DNA of 64,000 nucleotides from Nitrosopumilus sp. (GTDB lineage Archaea; Thermoproteota; Nitrososphaeria; Nitrososphaerales; Nitrosopumilaceae): NCBI GenBank assembly GCA_965219345.1, contig OZ244732.1, positions 1,504,001 to 1,568,000 of the forward strand, read 5' to 3'. Shown piece by piece: positions 61,912 to 64,000 of this stretch (position 1 is its first letter; each line of letters starts with the position of its first letter). The notes under the pieces were generated by a model. It saw only the letters and a program-made list of their open reading frames with translations, ran no database searches and was not told where the DNA came from. The position numbers and the translations under genes were made by a program.

Positions 61912-63837
61912 TTGTCCGATTTTGAATTCATTCCAACTGAAAAACAAATCCAAGAATCTAACATCTTCAAATTTATGCAAAAACACAGTATATTATCATT
62001 AGAAGAACTAACTCAAAAGGCTAAGGATGATTTAGAATGGTTTTGGCAATCAGTAGATAAGGATATTGGAATTGTTTGGGATGAGCCCTATACTAAAACA
62101 TTGGATATTTCTAAAGGAATTGCGTGGCCAAGGTGGTTTGTAAATGGTAAAACAAATATCTATAAATCGTCTGTTGAGAAATTTGCGAAACGAAATCCTG
62201 ATAAAATTGCATATCATTTTGTATCCGAAGATGGACAAACATCTAATATTTCATATTCAGAATTGGATTACAAAGTATCAAAACTTGCAAATGGCCTTAA
62301 ATCCATTGGAATAAAAAAAGGAGATGTCATTGCAATTTATTTGCCCATGATTGAAGAAGCAATACTGTCGATACTTGCAGCATCTAAGATTGGCGCAGTT
62401 CAAACTGTAATTTTCTCTGGATATAGTTCTGAATCATTGCATATGCGATTACAGGATTGTAAAGCAAAAGCACTTTTCATCTCTGATGGATTTTACAGGA
62501 AAGGAAAACCAGTATCTCAAAAACAGGATGTAGAAATTGCAATCAAAGATACTAGTGTTGAAAAAATTATTGTGGTTTCATACAAAAGAATTGATAATTA
62601 TGAAAAATCAGACAAAATAATTTTTTATGATGATCTGATATCTTCTCAAAACTATCTTTGTGATACAGAAATTTTAGATTCTGATGATCCACTGTTTATT
62701 TTGTATACGTCAGGCACAACAGGCAAGCCTAAAGGAGTTATTCACGCTCATGGAGGATTCTCTGTTTTTGCGGGCCATCAGGCTGCATATCTCATTGACA
62801 TGAATCAAAATGACACACTATTTTGGCCTGCTGATATTGGTTGGATTACTGGCTTAGTATGGAATGTATATGGACTTTTGATAATGGGGGCAAGTGCTGT
62901 AATTTATGATGGTGCATTTGATTTTCCAACGATTGATAGGATCTGGAAGACGTTATCTGATTATCAAGCAACAATTTTTGGAATATCTCCAACTGCAGTG
63001 CGATTATTTAAAAAAAATAATGTTGAACCACTAAAATCCTATTCGTTAGATAAAATTAAAAATATTCCAACTACCGGCGAACCACTTGATAAGGATTCTT
63101 GGTGGTGGTTATTTGAAAAAGTGGGTAACAAGAAGATTCCCATTATGAATTTGTCTGGTGGTACTGAAATTGGAGGAGCAATGTTATCTGTCTTTCCTGG
63201 AATGAAACTTAAACCATCCACTGTTGGAATTCCAGTTCCTGGAATGAATCTAGATGTATTTGATGATGATGGAAATTCTATAAGAAACCAAAATGGCTAT
63301 TTGATAATTAAATCTCCATGGCCTGCAATTACTAGAGGGTTGTTAAATGATGATGAAAGATATCTTGAAACTTATTGGTCACGATTTGAAAATATTTGGT
63401 TTCATGGAGATTATGTTTATGTTGATGAAGATAATCTTTGGTATATGCGTGGCAGAACTGATGATGTGATAAATATTTCTGGTCATAGAATGAGTACAGC
63501 TGAAATTGAACATGCTGTAATTTCTCATAAAAACATATCTGATGCTGCATCGATTTCTATTCCAGATGATATTACAGGTGAAGCAATTGTTGTGTTTTTT
63601 GTAACTGATAATAAATTAGATACTGGTTTAGAATCTGAGATTTCTAATTATGTTTCTGAAAAGATTGGAAAAGTTGCAAGACCCAAACTTGTTATCCAAC
63701 TTTCTGATTTGCCAAAAACAAGGACAGGTAAAATTATGCGTCGATTGTTAAAATCTAAATTATTGGGCCAGGATCTTGGTGATTTATCATCTCTCGAAAA
63801 CCCAAATGTTTTGGATGAAATTCCAAAATTAGGTTGA
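61912..63837 (+). CDS. acs: AMP-forming acetyl-/acyl-CoA synthetase
   Basis: YTSGTTGKPKG, ADIGWITG, GRTDDVIN.SGHR, PKTRTGKIMRR. Confidence 0.85.
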   Translation: MSDFEFIPTEKQIQESNIFKFMQKHSILSLEELTQKAKDDLEWFWQSVDKDIGIVWDEPYTKTLDISKGIAWPRWFVNGKTNIYKSSVEKFAKRNPDKIAYHFVSEDGQTSNISYSELDYKVSKLANGLKSIGIKKGDVIAIYLPMIEEAILSILAASKIGAVQTVIFSGYSSESLHMRLQDCKAKALFISDGFYRKGKPVSQKQDVEIAIKDTSVEKIIVVSYKRIDNYEKSDKIIFYDDLISSQNYLCDTEILDSDDPLFILYTSGTTGKPKGVIHAHGGFSVFAGHQAAYLIDMNQNDTLFWPADIGWITGLVWNVYGLLIMGASAVIYDGAFDFPTIDRIWKTLSDYQATIFGISPTAVRLFKKNNVEPLKSYSLDKIKNIPTTGEPLDKDSWWWLFEKVGNKKIPIMNLSGGTEIGGAMLSVFPGMKLKPSTVGIPVPGMNLDVFDDDGNSIRNQNGYLIIKSPWPAITRGLLNDDERYLETYWSRFENIWFHGDYVYVDEDNLWYMRGRTDDVINISGHRMSTAEIEHAVISHKNISDAASISIPDDITGEAIVVFFVTDNKLDTGLESEISNYVSEKIGKVARPKLVIQLSDLPKTRTGKIMRRLLKSKLLGQDLGDLSSLENPNVLDEIPKLG

Positions 63838-64000
63838 AAAAATCTAACTTTTTGCTATTTACTATTTCACGCTTTGTGTCTTAATCAAATCTGATTATAC
63901 TCATTATTGAAATTCATAGTTGATCAGCAGGTCGAAGACATAGAGATGCCTGAAAATCTCAAATTAAACACGTTTTTGAAGGAATTTCACTCTGATTGCC

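Noticed and set aside
1-64000. tRNA/rRNA genes
   Set aside because: No cloverleaf or T-loop motifs and no rRNA-like sequence were recognised.

Overview
Chromosomal window of a Nitrosopumilus-like ammonia-oxidising archaeon (Nitrososphaerota). This is inferred from rps25e/rps26e, aRF1, archaeal ThrRS, purP, aspS-gatCAB and thaumarchaeal 'IPDWIKTNAGWW' and 'SPKKQ' domains. The many IS elements and pseudogenes suggest a host-associated lineage (inference). The region 1-18 kb is largely accessory. It holds a 5.1-kb IS6-like transposon with 181-bp TIRs and an 8-bp TSD that carries a three-gene cargo operon and an IS481, an ISH3-family IS inside a surface-protein gene, an IS5 remnant and a perfect 15-bp x21 repeat. 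The region 19-64 kb is mostly core genes (pyrG, trpEGDCBA, ilvD, aRF1, cbtBA, phnDCE, purP, aspS-gatCAB, acs) plus small proteins. The most striking signal is three independent 'repeat-spacer-repeat' scars at 869-978, 6756-6865 and 15410-15518. In each, a different 36-37-bp piece of local DNA is exactly duplicated around a 36-38-bp unrelated insert. This is the geometry of CRISPR Cas1-Cas2 spacer integration, but outside any array. Two of the scars break accessory genes, and removing the unit at 15410 restores the reading frame exactly. No cas genes or canonical CRISPR array are present in the window.
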